Source: Phoronis australis (taxonomy: Eukaryota; Animalia; Phoronida). Taken from it: a DNA stretch of 64,000 nucleotides. Below the pieces are notes generated by a model that was not told the DNA's origin, searched no databases, and saw only the letters and a list, made by a program, of their open reading frames with translations. Made by a program: the position numbers and the translations under genes. The DNA is taken from NCBI GenBank assembly GCA_002633005.1, contig NMRA01000160.1, forward strand, positions 145,640 to 209,639. The letters run 5' to 3'. Shown piece after piece: positions 11,801 to 21,722 of this stretch; the stretch's first letter is position 1, and each line of letters opens with the position of its first letter.

Positions 11801-14245
11801 AGCAGCGAGAGCTCCTAAAAAGTAGTATGTGAATGCCTTAAAATCGATCAATCAACAAATAGCAGAACAAACTAAGTTTATCTGTTATAGTATAGTGGCC
11901 TGCATAGTGAAGTGCAGAAGTTCGAATTGAAAGGGATCATCGAATATTTTGTTCATCCCATGCACGATTTGGTCGAATATTTTGTTCATCCCATGCACGA
12001 TTTGGTTGGGGATAGGTGGATAATACGCATTTTTGTGTACCTCTTCATTTTTTAATTTAGTACACGTAACTTCAATAGGCAGTCCTGTGTCGCCGCTCAA
12101 AAAGAAGACATTTCACTACCGTGTGTTCTTGTACTGAGAAAATCCCGCCGGCGAGCACATTCACATTATTTGGAAAATGTAGGTTTAGACCTAACAAAAA
12201 CCGTTGGTCAATGAAGAAGTCTTCTCGCCATTCAAACTGTTGTCAATGGCGCACGACCTCGCCGACTTCATACGAGCAGCAAACTTGATGGCATTTACGA
12301 GGTTAGATGTCACTACGCAGAAAGTTCACTACAACTCCGAAGGTTCACTGCTCCGAAGGTCTACTACTCCGAATGTTCACTATTCCGAAACCAATTTCCA
12401 TCTCTGACAGTTTATTACTCTGAATGTCTTCAAATTAGGCTAAACTGACATGCATAAGATGTTGTATTTGTGTCCATTTAGTAACCGTTTAAAGCATGCA
12501 TGGGCGGGGCAACATAGGGGGCTGGGGGTTATATCCCCACTTTTTTTCAGTGCTGCGCCGCACATGTACAAAAAATGAATAGGTCTTAAAACCGTGATTG
12601 CATTGTAAGGAAATGAGTTCAGTTCAAATCACTAACAAACATGATTCTTGAATTTAAAACGACTCGTCAAACAGGGACATCTGGGGCACGGAGATATTTT
12701 ATTTCACGGCTGCTGCGACTAATGGACGGCTTTAAATTTGAGGACACCGAATGTGACTCTCTGACACGATAAAAACTAGCACGGATAAGGTAGTTTACTG
12801 CATTTAGTTTCAACCCCGCAGTCATGCGCGTAGTTCCGGTGCGGTGAAGTAGCGGATTAACTTTTCAGTCTCGAGGTGAAACGATCATGGACTGGCACCC
12901 CCACTTACTTCAGTGCTGCGTCGCCCATGATTCATGGACAGCGAAAAATAGGGAGCTGGGGCCTATAGCCCCCACTTATTTCAGTCCTGCGCCGCACATG
13001 AGAGGGGATCTTGACATGGATTTGTAAATGCATCGTGGCTGAAAATTCATCATTATTCCTACTACATATTCTTTTAAATATGCAATTACGTATTGATATT
13101 TTTGTATTCATAAGAAAAGAAACCCAAATTTTGTGCATTAGTACCCGGGCTTTGTTTTCTGTATAGGTACACCGGTCACTGCGTCAAATAACCGAAATAT
13201 CGTCTATTTTGCATATGGAAGTAAAAAAAATACACCGGAGTCCGAAATTTCATATATTTTCAGAGTTGTGAACCTTCAGAGTTGTGAAGTTTCGGAGTAG
13301 TGGGCTGATCCCATTTCCAACGCTTTGAGTAACTCAAGCAACAAGGCGCAGAATTTCATGTACAACCTGAAAAAATTTCGTCCGACTAAATATTTTCTTC
13401 CGATCATGTAGTTTAATCACTCATATAAGCACGCATGGTTTGATAGTTTGTCAGAGAGTAACGCTCAGTAATCCAAAAAGAAAACTTTCTGGACCACATT
13501 ACATCGGAATTTGGAACTCGTCTTTCACGAGTAACCGTCATGGCATCCTCGCTTGTGGGATAGGCCTACGAATACCGTCTCATCTCAGGAAAACGGAGGT
13601 GAGAGTCATCGTCGTGTATACTGATTTCCCTTACGCCGAGTTTAGTTGCGTAATGGCGCTACAGAAAAACCTACATTGCCAACGTTTGCGAAATATAATC
13701 AAAAGGTCCACACTTTTAGAAATTCGAACCACCCCCCACAGAATGCTGGCTACGGGCCTGGAACACCTAGAATGCATTTTCAACCGTCGCGACAGAGGAG
13801 AGTAGAATGCGGGATGTGGGTGTCGTAGTGGATTCCTTAATTTTTGTCCCCTTGCTATTCTGAAAACCCCACTTGGAACAACATTGGAACATTTCGGCAA
13901 CACTCTTTGTGCGTAACAACGGTGCTGCCGGATCACCCGTTTCCATGTGTGGAAAATCGTGCCCTTCCTGTGCCCTTATTATGAGGCATGCACGCATCCA
14001 GAGCAAATTAAGATTCACTCCACAATGTTTCATTTCTTCTTCCAGCAATTGAGTTCCGGGAAGACGTTGACACGGTGCTTCAACCGGGTATGGTGGTTTC
14101 CATTGAGCCCATGATTACCATCCCTGAAGGAATGCCTGGTGCAGGAGCCTACCGCGAGCATGACATACTTATTGTCACCAAATATGGTTCTGAAAACATT
14201 ACCAACTTTCCGTACGGTCCTGAACATAACATTGTTCGCAAGTAA
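2805..14245 (+). CDS. Creatinase (creatine amidinohydrolase, M24 pita-bread fold), intron-containing, ~416 aa; join(2805..2888,3413..4019,4884..4998,7214..7458,14046..14245)
   Basis: The spliced translation follows bacterial creatinase along its length: NGEK-ARTLFS, TSIHNVNYFS, CGFGR, IDGGKPWRR, WFVSGINTDGGHNP, KGDILSLNCFP, GYYAALERT, FGYGHSFG, HYYGRE, PGMVVSIEPMI, YREHD, FPYGPEHNIVRK*. GT-AG introns with phases 0,1,2,1 give an open 1251-nt frame. Confidence 0.92.
3413..4019 (+). CDS. Creatinase exon 2 (N-terminal domain)
   Basis: ttttcAG acceptor, GTTAGT donor; ARTLFSEQE...ELAD. Confidence 0.92.
4600..4858. mobile_element. Degenerate MITE family C copy
   Basis: ACTGACAG.TCGTT...ATAACGAACTGTCA inverted core and GGCGTGTCA shared with 45633-45984 and ~60800-60915. 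Confidence 0.5.
4884..4998 (+). CDS. Creatinase exon 3 (catalytic His motif TDGGHNP)
   Basis: ttccAG / GTATGT; TWAWFVSGINTDGGHNPPTSRKIQKGDILSLNCFPVISG; lies in a frame the ORF track does not show. Confidence 0.92.
5041..5279. mobile_element. TTAA-associated (Kolobok-like) MITE, family B
   Basis: TTAGGCCTAA...TTTTGGCCTTAA ends; shares GAGACGAGCAAAAT, CAAATCACGG and TTTCAAACCT with 26742-26989. Confidence 0.6.
6183..6376. mobile_element. MITE family A, copy 2 (reverse orientation) with outer inverted repeat CAGGAAGAGATAAC/GTTATCTCTTCCTG
   Basis: Reverse complement of 1826-1982; a 14-bp perfect inverted repeat flanks it. Confidence 0.75.
7214..7458 (+). CDS. Creatinase exon 4 (YYAALERT...GHSFG...HYYGREA)
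   Basis: ttttcAG / GTGAGT; phase 2 to 1. Confidence 0.93.
7736..7836. mobile_element. Short hairpin MITE (TIR CAC[A/T]GGCGTCCTCAGCTTCTGATCG), hAT-like 8-bp TSD
   Basis: ~25-bp TIR; flanks CTCTACCC / CTATACCC (7/8); same TIR as 21034-21722. Confidence 0.75.
8256..8378 (-). repeat. 3' LTR (CGCCA...TGGCG)
   Basis: Matches 11332-11453 with 5 substitutions and 1 indel. Confidence 0.9.
9090..9720 (-). pseudogene. Retroelement integrase remnant
   Basis: HHCC-like ALHLRLDH..C..HQC; first catalytic D in SFAADV; second D apparently replaced (IRTHP); E region in NPVAEKAIQE; frameshifted at the C-terminus. Confidence 0.75.
10177..11318 (-). pseudogene. Retroelement gag and aspartic protease remnant (frameshifted)
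   Basis: Zn-knuckle-like CVLC...H....C; VRLTVDCGATGNMIS protease motif; split across ORFs 10978-11178 and 10177-10866. Confidence 0.75.
11320..11331 (-). other. Primer-binding site (TGGTGGCAATGG), probably tRNA-Leu
   Basis: Directly abuts the 5' LTR; first 8 nt complement the ...UGCCA-CCA 3' end of tRNA-Leu(AAG/UAG). Confidence 0.55.
11332..11453 (-). repeat. 5' LTR (CGCCA...TGGCG)
   Basis: Direct repeat of 8256-8378. Confidence 0.9.
11501..11656. mobile_element. MITE family A, copy 3
   Basis: GTTCAGTAACGCTAGGACCT...AGGTCCCAGCGTTACTGAAC. Confidence 0.75.
11940..12005. repeat. 33-bp tandem duplication
   Basis: TCGAATATTTTGTTCATCCCATGCACGATTTGG x2. Confidence 0.85.
12310..13310. mobile_element. 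Non-autonomous DNA element with 16-bp subterminal repeats and nested CATG-ended mini-elements (12499-12565, 12933-12999)
   Basis: ACT.CTCCGAAGGTTC-type repeats at 12325-12390, inverted TTC[A/G]GAGT[T/A]GTG repeats at 13259-13303; two near-identical 67-bp units CATGG...CCCCACTT..TTCAGT.CTGCGCCGCACATG. Confidence 0.5.
14046..14245 (+). CDS. Creatinase exon 5 (IEFREDVDTVLQPGMVVSIEPM...NIVRK*)
   Basis: ttcttcttccAG acceptor, TAA at 14243-14245; absent from the ORF track because it has no start codon. Confidence 0.93.
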
Positions 14246-14467
14246 ATGTTCCACCGAAACATATGATTCATTCAGTTTCCTTTATGCTATAAGTACTGAA
14301 TCGTGTTGACTCAACTGTCTTGTTTGCGACACTCTTAATATACGTTTGTTCTTCCAATATGTCTTTTGTGTTTTATAGAATCCTTTCCAACTTTCAATTT
14401 GACATAGGTACTAACTGTAGGAGCTGGTGTGTGTTGATCTGAATGTTATTTCATTTATAATTTTCCC

Positions 14468-14714
14468 CTTTAAAATCAGCGCATATATAAACAAAAGCAT
14501 TGCATAAATCGACGTTTCGGTTTATTGTCACTTACCCATTCTCAAGACAAATGTTGGGCAGAACACTTCAGTCAACTGGGTAATAGACTGTTCTCGACCT
14601 GTGTTACCTGACTGGAGTATTGAGAACGATTTATACTGAGAATGGTTTAGTGACGATAAACCGAAACGTCGATTAATACAATATCTTTGTTTACATTATG
14701 CGCTGATTTTAAAG
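14468..14714. mobile_element. Inverted pair of Penelope-like pLTR fragments with hammerhead-like motif
   Basis: ~78-bp inverted arms; CTGAGAA-T-GGTTTA-loop-TAAACC-GAAAC-GTC at 14636-14670 and a reverse copy at 14508-14546. Confidence 0.6.
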
Positions 14715-15135
14715 TTCGTTCTCATATTTCAGCCAAAAACAAATGTGATCAGTTTTCCCCTTGTTCCTAAATGAACAGCATGATGGTGTTTTTCACATGA
14801 GAACATTGAAGTTATGGAAATAGAATATTCTGTTCAGTTTTTACTATATTAAGTACATGCCTGAACAAAGAACGAGAGGTATTGGTTAGCTTTCGTCGGA
14901 CATGTTTGAGTTCTCTTCAGTGTATTTGGTTTTTATTTTTGATTAAAATGGTAATTAGACAGTGAGGTTCCTCAATTTTTGACAAGGTATCGTTTCTAGC
15001 CTTTTCCCCGAGTCACTTCCTATTCTTCTTGTTACCCCCTGTGCTGTTCACCAGTGATATATTATCAACTGTAGGCGCAGCATCCAGCATGCCAATCATT
15101 TTACATAAACAACGAAGTTATGTAACCGCTCCACC

Positions 15136-15315
15136 CAGGTCCTGGGTACAGTTCAGTAGCTGTCTTGGGGCGAGAAAAATCTAGACAAAATCACGTGTTC
15201 TCATTGAAAATACACGGTAGCATCTCGCGTAATCTCGCGAAGTCTTGCTTTTTAGGCGAGGTACTAAAGCGAATTCCTGACGAGGTCCTAGCGAGGTCCT
15301 AGTAAGTTATTGAAT
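15136..15315. mobile_element. MITE family A, copy 4 (divergent)
   Basis: TCACGTGTTCTC..AAATACACGG..CTCGCGAAGTCTTG..GCGAGGTCCTAG shared with the other copies. Confidence 0.65.
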
Positions 15316-16651
15316 TCTACTTTGCTGTTATGTCACGTCGTAACACAAGAGCACTGAATCTCTGATTCGCTATACAGTGCCGGGTTACAGTTAACTTGAA
15401 GCAGCTCATAAGTAGTTTAAATAAAAACGAAAGCAAAAATTGCGAACTTTCGACGGCTAAGTCTCCGTGAAGCTCAGCTTGCAGGTATTGTATTTTCTAA
15501 TCACCATATTTGTTTACAGACTGTTTCCCACTTTCACTCGTGCACTCCACTCTCTACCTGTCGAGTCTGTCGACCTGTGTGTTATCTTTGATTTTAAAGG
15601 CCACTCATGCCGGTGACGGTTCGGAAGTGCGAATGTTTCAGACGTCCATAGACAAGCGATTGGGATGCTACGTAAAAAATATAGACACACGCGCATCGTC
15701 TTTGAATAACGAAAATAAACTTAATATTCCCTTTTGATTAGTCATTGAGTCAACCTTGTGCCTAGGTTGAAGTATCAAATGCCACAACAACGATTTTTGA
15801 TAAAACTTTAGCGGATTATTTTAGGACTATTTCCCCTGCTTGATATTTTTATCCCATATTTGGAACAACATCTGCAGGGTAAGTTAGCTAAAAGAAAAAT
15901 TATATTCAATTTCCGCATTTATGTTTTATTACAAATATTACGGGTACAATACTTTAAAAACGCAAATGCTTCAGATAAAAAGATAAGTAAACTATCTCTG
16001 TCGAGATACTGTAAAATCGCTCACGGGTGAGTGACATACTATGTAAACAACGCTTTCGCAGCAGTGCACGTTGGGTAAGGGGACGATTTCACTAGAAACG
16101 GAAGCACAAGTATATGAAGTATTCATCGAAAGCAGAAATGGTCTCTTGGTATTGTTTTTGATGTCGGATATTACAAAATAGTGCTATGCTGGTGGCTGGA
16201 GCAAGCCTAGTCCTAGAATTGACAGAAAACATATCGAGGACAAGACGACATTTTTGTGAATTCACAACTAATTCGTCTAAGGGACAGTGCACGAGAAAGG
16301 AAACAAGAAGTTATCAAAAGCAGAAATGGTTGCTTGGTATTGCTTTTGACGCCCGGTACTACAAAACAAGCCATGCTTTCTTCGTCTCATTATGCCGCAT
16401 GTGGTTACATGTGAATATAATCTGACTGTGTCGTTCTTCATCAAGAGCGACGGAGATCCGGGGAGGAGGTGTCCGGGGAATTTTGTAGCAGGAGAAATAC
16501 GGCAAAAGCCGGTGCAACAATAAAAGTATTACACTGGCAATCAGTCGTAGAGATCAAAAATATTCAACCACCACTTCTTGAACGCCACTTTAACTGGTCC
16601 ACTAGCAATGTCATTGTATCTAACGAATCAAGATCTTCGAGAGCTATAACT

Positions 16652-16822
16652 ATTTATGTCTGACATAATTAAATTAATTTGTGTCTGACATAATTCGTTA
16701 AAACATCGTACATAATTTATTAATGTTACCCTAATTCTATTGATATCAGACATAAATAACATTAATATCCGCCATTACTCAGTATTTATATCTAACATAA
16801 ATCGTATTTTTGTCTGACCTAA
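16652..16822. repeat. Cluster of TTATGTCTGACATAA quasi-palindromic repeats
   Basis: About 5 degenerate copies (16653, 16679, 16743, 16786, 16809). Confidence 0.55.
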
Positions 16823-17904
16823 GTCAACCAATCAGACTTGTCGTTACATTCATTGATTCAGCCCGCAATGTTTCCAGCCGATTCAGTACCCTGTATGATT
16901 TTTAAGCAGATATACGAAGCTGTCAGAAAAGTGTAAAAACTCCATAGAAGCTCATCAAAATTAATTTCATGCTTCTTTTACCAATGTCAACCAGTGTACT
17001 TTTGCATTTTACCCCTTTCCTGGTTTTATATGGAATCACTCTTCAGTTGCCTGTAGACAATTACATCGCTGTGTACGCCATAGGCTTAGAAGCAGACAGG
17101 GTTGTTGAAGAAAAAGTAAGGAAGCGCTTTTTAAAGTGACAATTTTAAGTGTAACAAATATTTATTCGGTGGTCGAATTTGGACTATCACCCGTTTAAAA
17201 CACAAGAGTTAGTACAGAAAGCGATGGGAGAGCATTGTAGTCCTTAGACTGGAAGCCAGCCTGGGGGCCTTGGCGCAAAGCTGTATTCTGAGTAATGGCA
17301 GATATTCATTAGGTCACGTGATGTGACCAAAAAGATGGCGGGTTGAACGGAATAAACAACATGTATCCACGCCTCACTGAAAAAGATATATTTATACAAA
17401 CTTTTTTCCTGAAATGAGAATAAATTCATTTGTGAAAATATCTATAACTACAATAGTGTGTTTGATGTACATGTAGTGTTCATGGCGATAAATAATGGTA
17501 ATATGCTATGCTATTATTTAGTTTTGATACGAAAGTAACACAGTAATGACGCAAAATGTGATTAATTCGTTGCACCACACTTATTTTGTAACCTTTTTCA
17601 CTTTCTATAAGTAATAAGTTCATTATTGTTCCACACACCACGATGCGTTCCCGATCGCATAAACAAACACAAATTTGCGTTCTCTAGTCGATCGCTTCTT
17701 TCATAAGAAGTGTCGAAAATTCAAAGATCCTGACAAAATTACGAAAAACAAGCGTTGCGTTATATTTTCACACATATTTCGTCATAACTTAATGGTCAAT
17801 TTATTGATATAGTGCCAAAAATAACCGCAATTTGCCAATAGAATACGCTAAGCGCTTCCAATGGTATTCAGACTACCTTTAGTCCGACAAATGCCCTCAA
17901 TCAC

Positions 17905-18901
17905 CATAGGCGGATTTAGGGGGGGGGGCCCAGGGGGCCCGGGCCCCCCCCTTGGCTGCCGCAAACTTGAAAAATAAAACAGTAAGAGCGTAGGGAAATG
18001 GTGAGTTTATTAATTAACCCCGGTAATTAAAATTATACGGATGAAAAGAAGATTTAAATGTGTGCAGTTTTAGTGTTTGGGGGGGGGCTCAAACCCAATT
18101 TCAACTGTCAAATTCGGAACACGGCGTATTCGTAAAGGCTCTCCCGCGATATCCCAGGCGACCGGCAGTGGCGCTGCGCACTACGACTCCGTTTTCGTCG
18201 TCTGCTCCACTGTGCAATGAAGAAAATTTACTTCATTTTTTAAAGAGAATGGAACCTGAGTGACGATGAAAAAACAGAAGCTGCTGGTAAGATGTGAATT
18301 TTAATCGAAGCCTAAGTGAATCACTCAGAAACTCGCAATACTCTCTTTGTCAAACCTTATCTTAAGACGATTTCCAAAGCAATCCCGTTATTATTGCCAA
18401 CACGAAAAACGGATTTGGTCTTTTGGGCATTTGAAGACTATTTTAAATACGACAAATTTGTTAACAATTGATGGCACAAAATATAAAACGTGTAATAAGC
18501 ATTACGAAAAGAAGTAGGTTTCGCGCGCAAACGCTGTGGACCATAAATAAGTTGGTCTTTTAGTATGAAGTTTGCAGTTCCATCGTGGTGGTGTACTGGT
18601 AACGCACGCGCTCTCTAGCCGCCAGGTCGTGAGTTCGAGTCTTTGGTTCGTTCAGTTTTTCCTGTTTGACACGTTCTCCGTGTTCTGTTTTTTTCCTTTT
18701 TTTCTTGGATAATACTTCAGGAAGCAAGGAAAATGCTTGATTTTTAGAGGTAAAAACAGAAAAATTTCCTGAGCGGGAGGGGTGTTTGACCTCCCCCCAT
18801 ACGGTGCAATGCTTATCTACAATCTTGGTTCAGTTTGCGCAAATGCTTACAGCCGGACAAAATGTTGGGCCCCCCCTTGTGATATCCTAGATCCGCCACT
18901 G
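17905..18901. mobile_element. ~1-kb non-autonomous DNA transposon, CATAGGCGGAT...ATCCGCCACTG ends, 5-bp TSD ATCAC (hAT5-like)
   Basis: TIR plus exact ATCAC duplication; G/C-run subtermini; related to 27535-27702 and 59467-59638. Confidence 0.75.
18583..18643 (+). other. tRNA-derived (SINE-head-like) Pol III A/B-box sequence inside the DNA transposon
   Basis: A-box TGGTGTACTGG, B-box GTTCGAGTC; no intact cloverleaf. Confidence 0.4.
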
Positions 18902-19419
18902 ATCACGGTCACCTGCCGTGGGTCCGGTCCCTGACCAACAAGGACGCCGGGCAACGGCGCCGCCGGGGACACCTTTTTTTCTCTCAATTTTCTCTCTTCT
19001 ACATGTTTATCTGTCTTTCTTTCTCGATTTCCACCTGCCCTGTCCTACGCCTATGCCAAACGCCACAGTTTCACCTTGACGCCAGCAAATAGAGAGGCCC
19101 GCCTTTGTTACCAGGTCCCTCCGACTGGAGCTGGCTGCATATGGCTACAATCCCTTGCCGGCTTTCGACATGGCATTGTGTTTGTCCATTATTTGAAGCC
19201 TTCCCTGGTCGTACCAGCCATGTCATTTTACGACTGACACACGAAAAGAAGATGTTCATTACCATGGGCCACAGAACCAGAGTTCCTCTATACGATGGAC
19301 TAACATGAACACAATCGGTCGGGAAATCACTGAACAGTGTCCACCAGATGTCTCTTGATATACGGTAATCGCAAAAGAAGAGGGAGTGACCTAAATAGAA
19401 ATGGGTCATTGCGCAACTG

Positions 19420-19549
19420 CACTCCGTCGCTTCCGATGTCGACCGCAAAATTTTTATGTTTTGAAATGAGTAGCCACTGATGAAGTCATACACGAAAGTT
19501 CTTTTTATCTTTCGTCAGTTTAAGAGAATGTCATGATTTTCAGGTAAGT
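19420..19549 (+). promoter_or_regulatory. Putative promoter / non-coding first exon of OTUD7, ending at donor CAG|GTAAGT (19543)
   Basis: CpG-rich patch followed by a consensus donor; the ATG exon has its own acceptor at 23335, so an upstream exon is required. Confidence 0.4.
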
Positions 19550-20064
19550 TACTTGTGTTTGGAGGTGTCACCTTTTTGCCGTTTTAGTGTGCAACAGTGA
19601 CTACTTGTTGCTGCTTTTTGGGTTCCGACTCCGTGGTGAGGACTCAGTGGAACTTTTTAGTTTTTTTAGACTTAGTCCAGACACACCGGCATTTCAGAAC
19701 GCGGAAGGCGTTACTCGAGTCATGAGTGTTGTAGAGTATGATTCATATTCCTTCATAAGGCAAATAGATTTTTATTCTGAATTAGGCCCATTGATTGTAC
19801 ATGTAGAAACCTTGTAGAACTTGGGAATATGTGAAGCAACTTGACAAGTTCACTCAAATAATCACGTTCATGTTCATAAAAATTTGCACTACATTAAAAA
19901 GCAAGTTACATTTGAATGAAATATTGTCAATTTTGACCAACCTTTTCAACTATGGGCGACCAGTTTCACCAAACAATAATCGATTTAGCCATTCTCATAT
20001 ACCTCCGGTTCAGCAACACAAGTTCCGGTAAAGGAGAAAATGGTTGATCGCGAGGCCAATACAG

Positions 20065-20887
20065 TACAGTCAAGTGACTTAATTATCGGACGTTTTGGCA
20101 CATTTTGCATTATATTTAATTGAAAATACTACGGATTGTTGTAAATTCTTTGCTGAAATAAAGAATTACCTTTATAGAATTGTTGTGTTACTATATCTTG
20201 TCACCAAAAGCCACATTTATGTTCCGACTGAACTTTAAAAAACACAACAAGCAAACCTTCGGAGAACCTAAATATCGGACACCATGTTTCCCCATACGCC
20301 ACACCGCGGAAAACTGACTAACCACGTAATGGCCGCGGGCACCTTGTAGCCAAATTTCAGCTCGAGTGTTTTGACATATATGCTGCTAGAACACAGGTCC
20401 ATTCGCAACAAAATTATCCATGAAATGAAATCTGATGACGGCGCCAAGTCATTTCGATGAATTAGTGCAGACGACTAAAGCACGTGCAAACTCACTGCAA
20501 TTTTTATTATCACTTTGGCTTCTTGACATGACACCCGCACGTGCGCGGTCGGGGTTTGACTTGAGTTTAAAAACACATAAAAAAATGGAACAGTAACATA
20601 TTGTCAGTTCAATGAGAAAGTTTCATTGTGGAAAAAGATTTTATTTTCAACTTTTATAACCGATTTATGCGATCGTCCAGTTTAGGCCGACTGGGGGGGT
20701 CTAAATTGCACCCTCTCACGGTGAAATCAAAACGAGGCAACGCTGTAAAAAAACGAGACGGTGCCGGACATTGAATGCATTACAACGGAACAACAATTGG
20801 TGTCATTTAACTCTCAGATTATGCTTCAAGTAAGATTTTTTGAAATGTCCGATATTTAGGTTCCGTCCGATAATTAGGTACACTATG
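20065..20887. mobile_element. Non-autonomous DNA element with inverted subterminal repeats
   Basis: TAATTATCGGAC (20080) / GTCCGATAATTA (20866) and AACCTAAATATCGGAC (20265) / GTCCGATATTTAGGTT (20847). Confidence 0.5.
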
Positions 20888-21033
20888 TGTAATTACAAAA
20901 ATTCTTTTCACCGAACAAAAATTTCACTTTTTTGCCTTAAAAAATATTCAATTCCAAGTTCACGCAACACTCCCTTCCTCTTAACCTTGAGACTAAGCGG
21001 GATTCCAAGTTCGCGCACAGCACTCACACTCAA

Positions 21034-21722
21034 CACAAGCGTCCTCAACTTCTGAACGTCCCCAATAGTTAATACACTATATATACATTATTACAAGGTA
21101 TGACACTTTGGACTAGAAATTCCACGGGTGCTTCACTTCAGCTGTCCATAGCAAACATAAATCTCAATAGATTTACACAAAACAGAGGTTCAACAAACCA
21201 TGAGGAATTGTTCTTTCTCCCAATACCATTTACGGTGTCCTGCCCCACAGAGTTTGCAAGAAATTTGCGGTCAAAGCACAAAAATCTTCCCAAAAAGCTC
21301 GTCCGTGGTCTCACAGGCAGGGTACGAAACTATCTGATGAGTTACGAATGAATGGCAATTGCCGAGTTATCGATGCTGTGACTTTCCATGATGAATCAGC
21401 CGTTCATCCGCAACTCATCGTATAATTCCGTACCCTGCGCGTGAGACCAGGAGTTGTTCCGGATGAGCTTTTTGGGAAGATTCTTGTGCTTTGACCACGA
21501 ATTTCTTGCAAACTTGGTGGAGCAGGACACTGTAAATGCTGTTGGGAGAAAGAACTATTCCACATGGTTTGTTGAACGTCTGTTTTGTGTAAAGTTATTG
21601 AGTTTTGTGTTTGCTATAGGCGGCTGAAGTGAAGCGCCTGTGGAATTTCTAGTCCGGAGTGTCATACCTTGTAGTATTATATGTAGTTTATTGGGGATGA
21701 TCAGAAGCTGAGGACTCCTGTG
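21034..21722. mobile_element. Foldback element, ~320-bp inverted arms
   Basis: 21034-21355 is the imperfect reverse complement of ~21400-21722; TIR CACA[A/G]G.GTCCTCA.CTTCTGA shared with 7736-7836. Confidence 0.85.

Noticed and set aside
21322-21345. GAAAC...CTGATGAG as a hammerhead
   Set aside because: Only 3 nt between the motifs, so stems I and III cannot form
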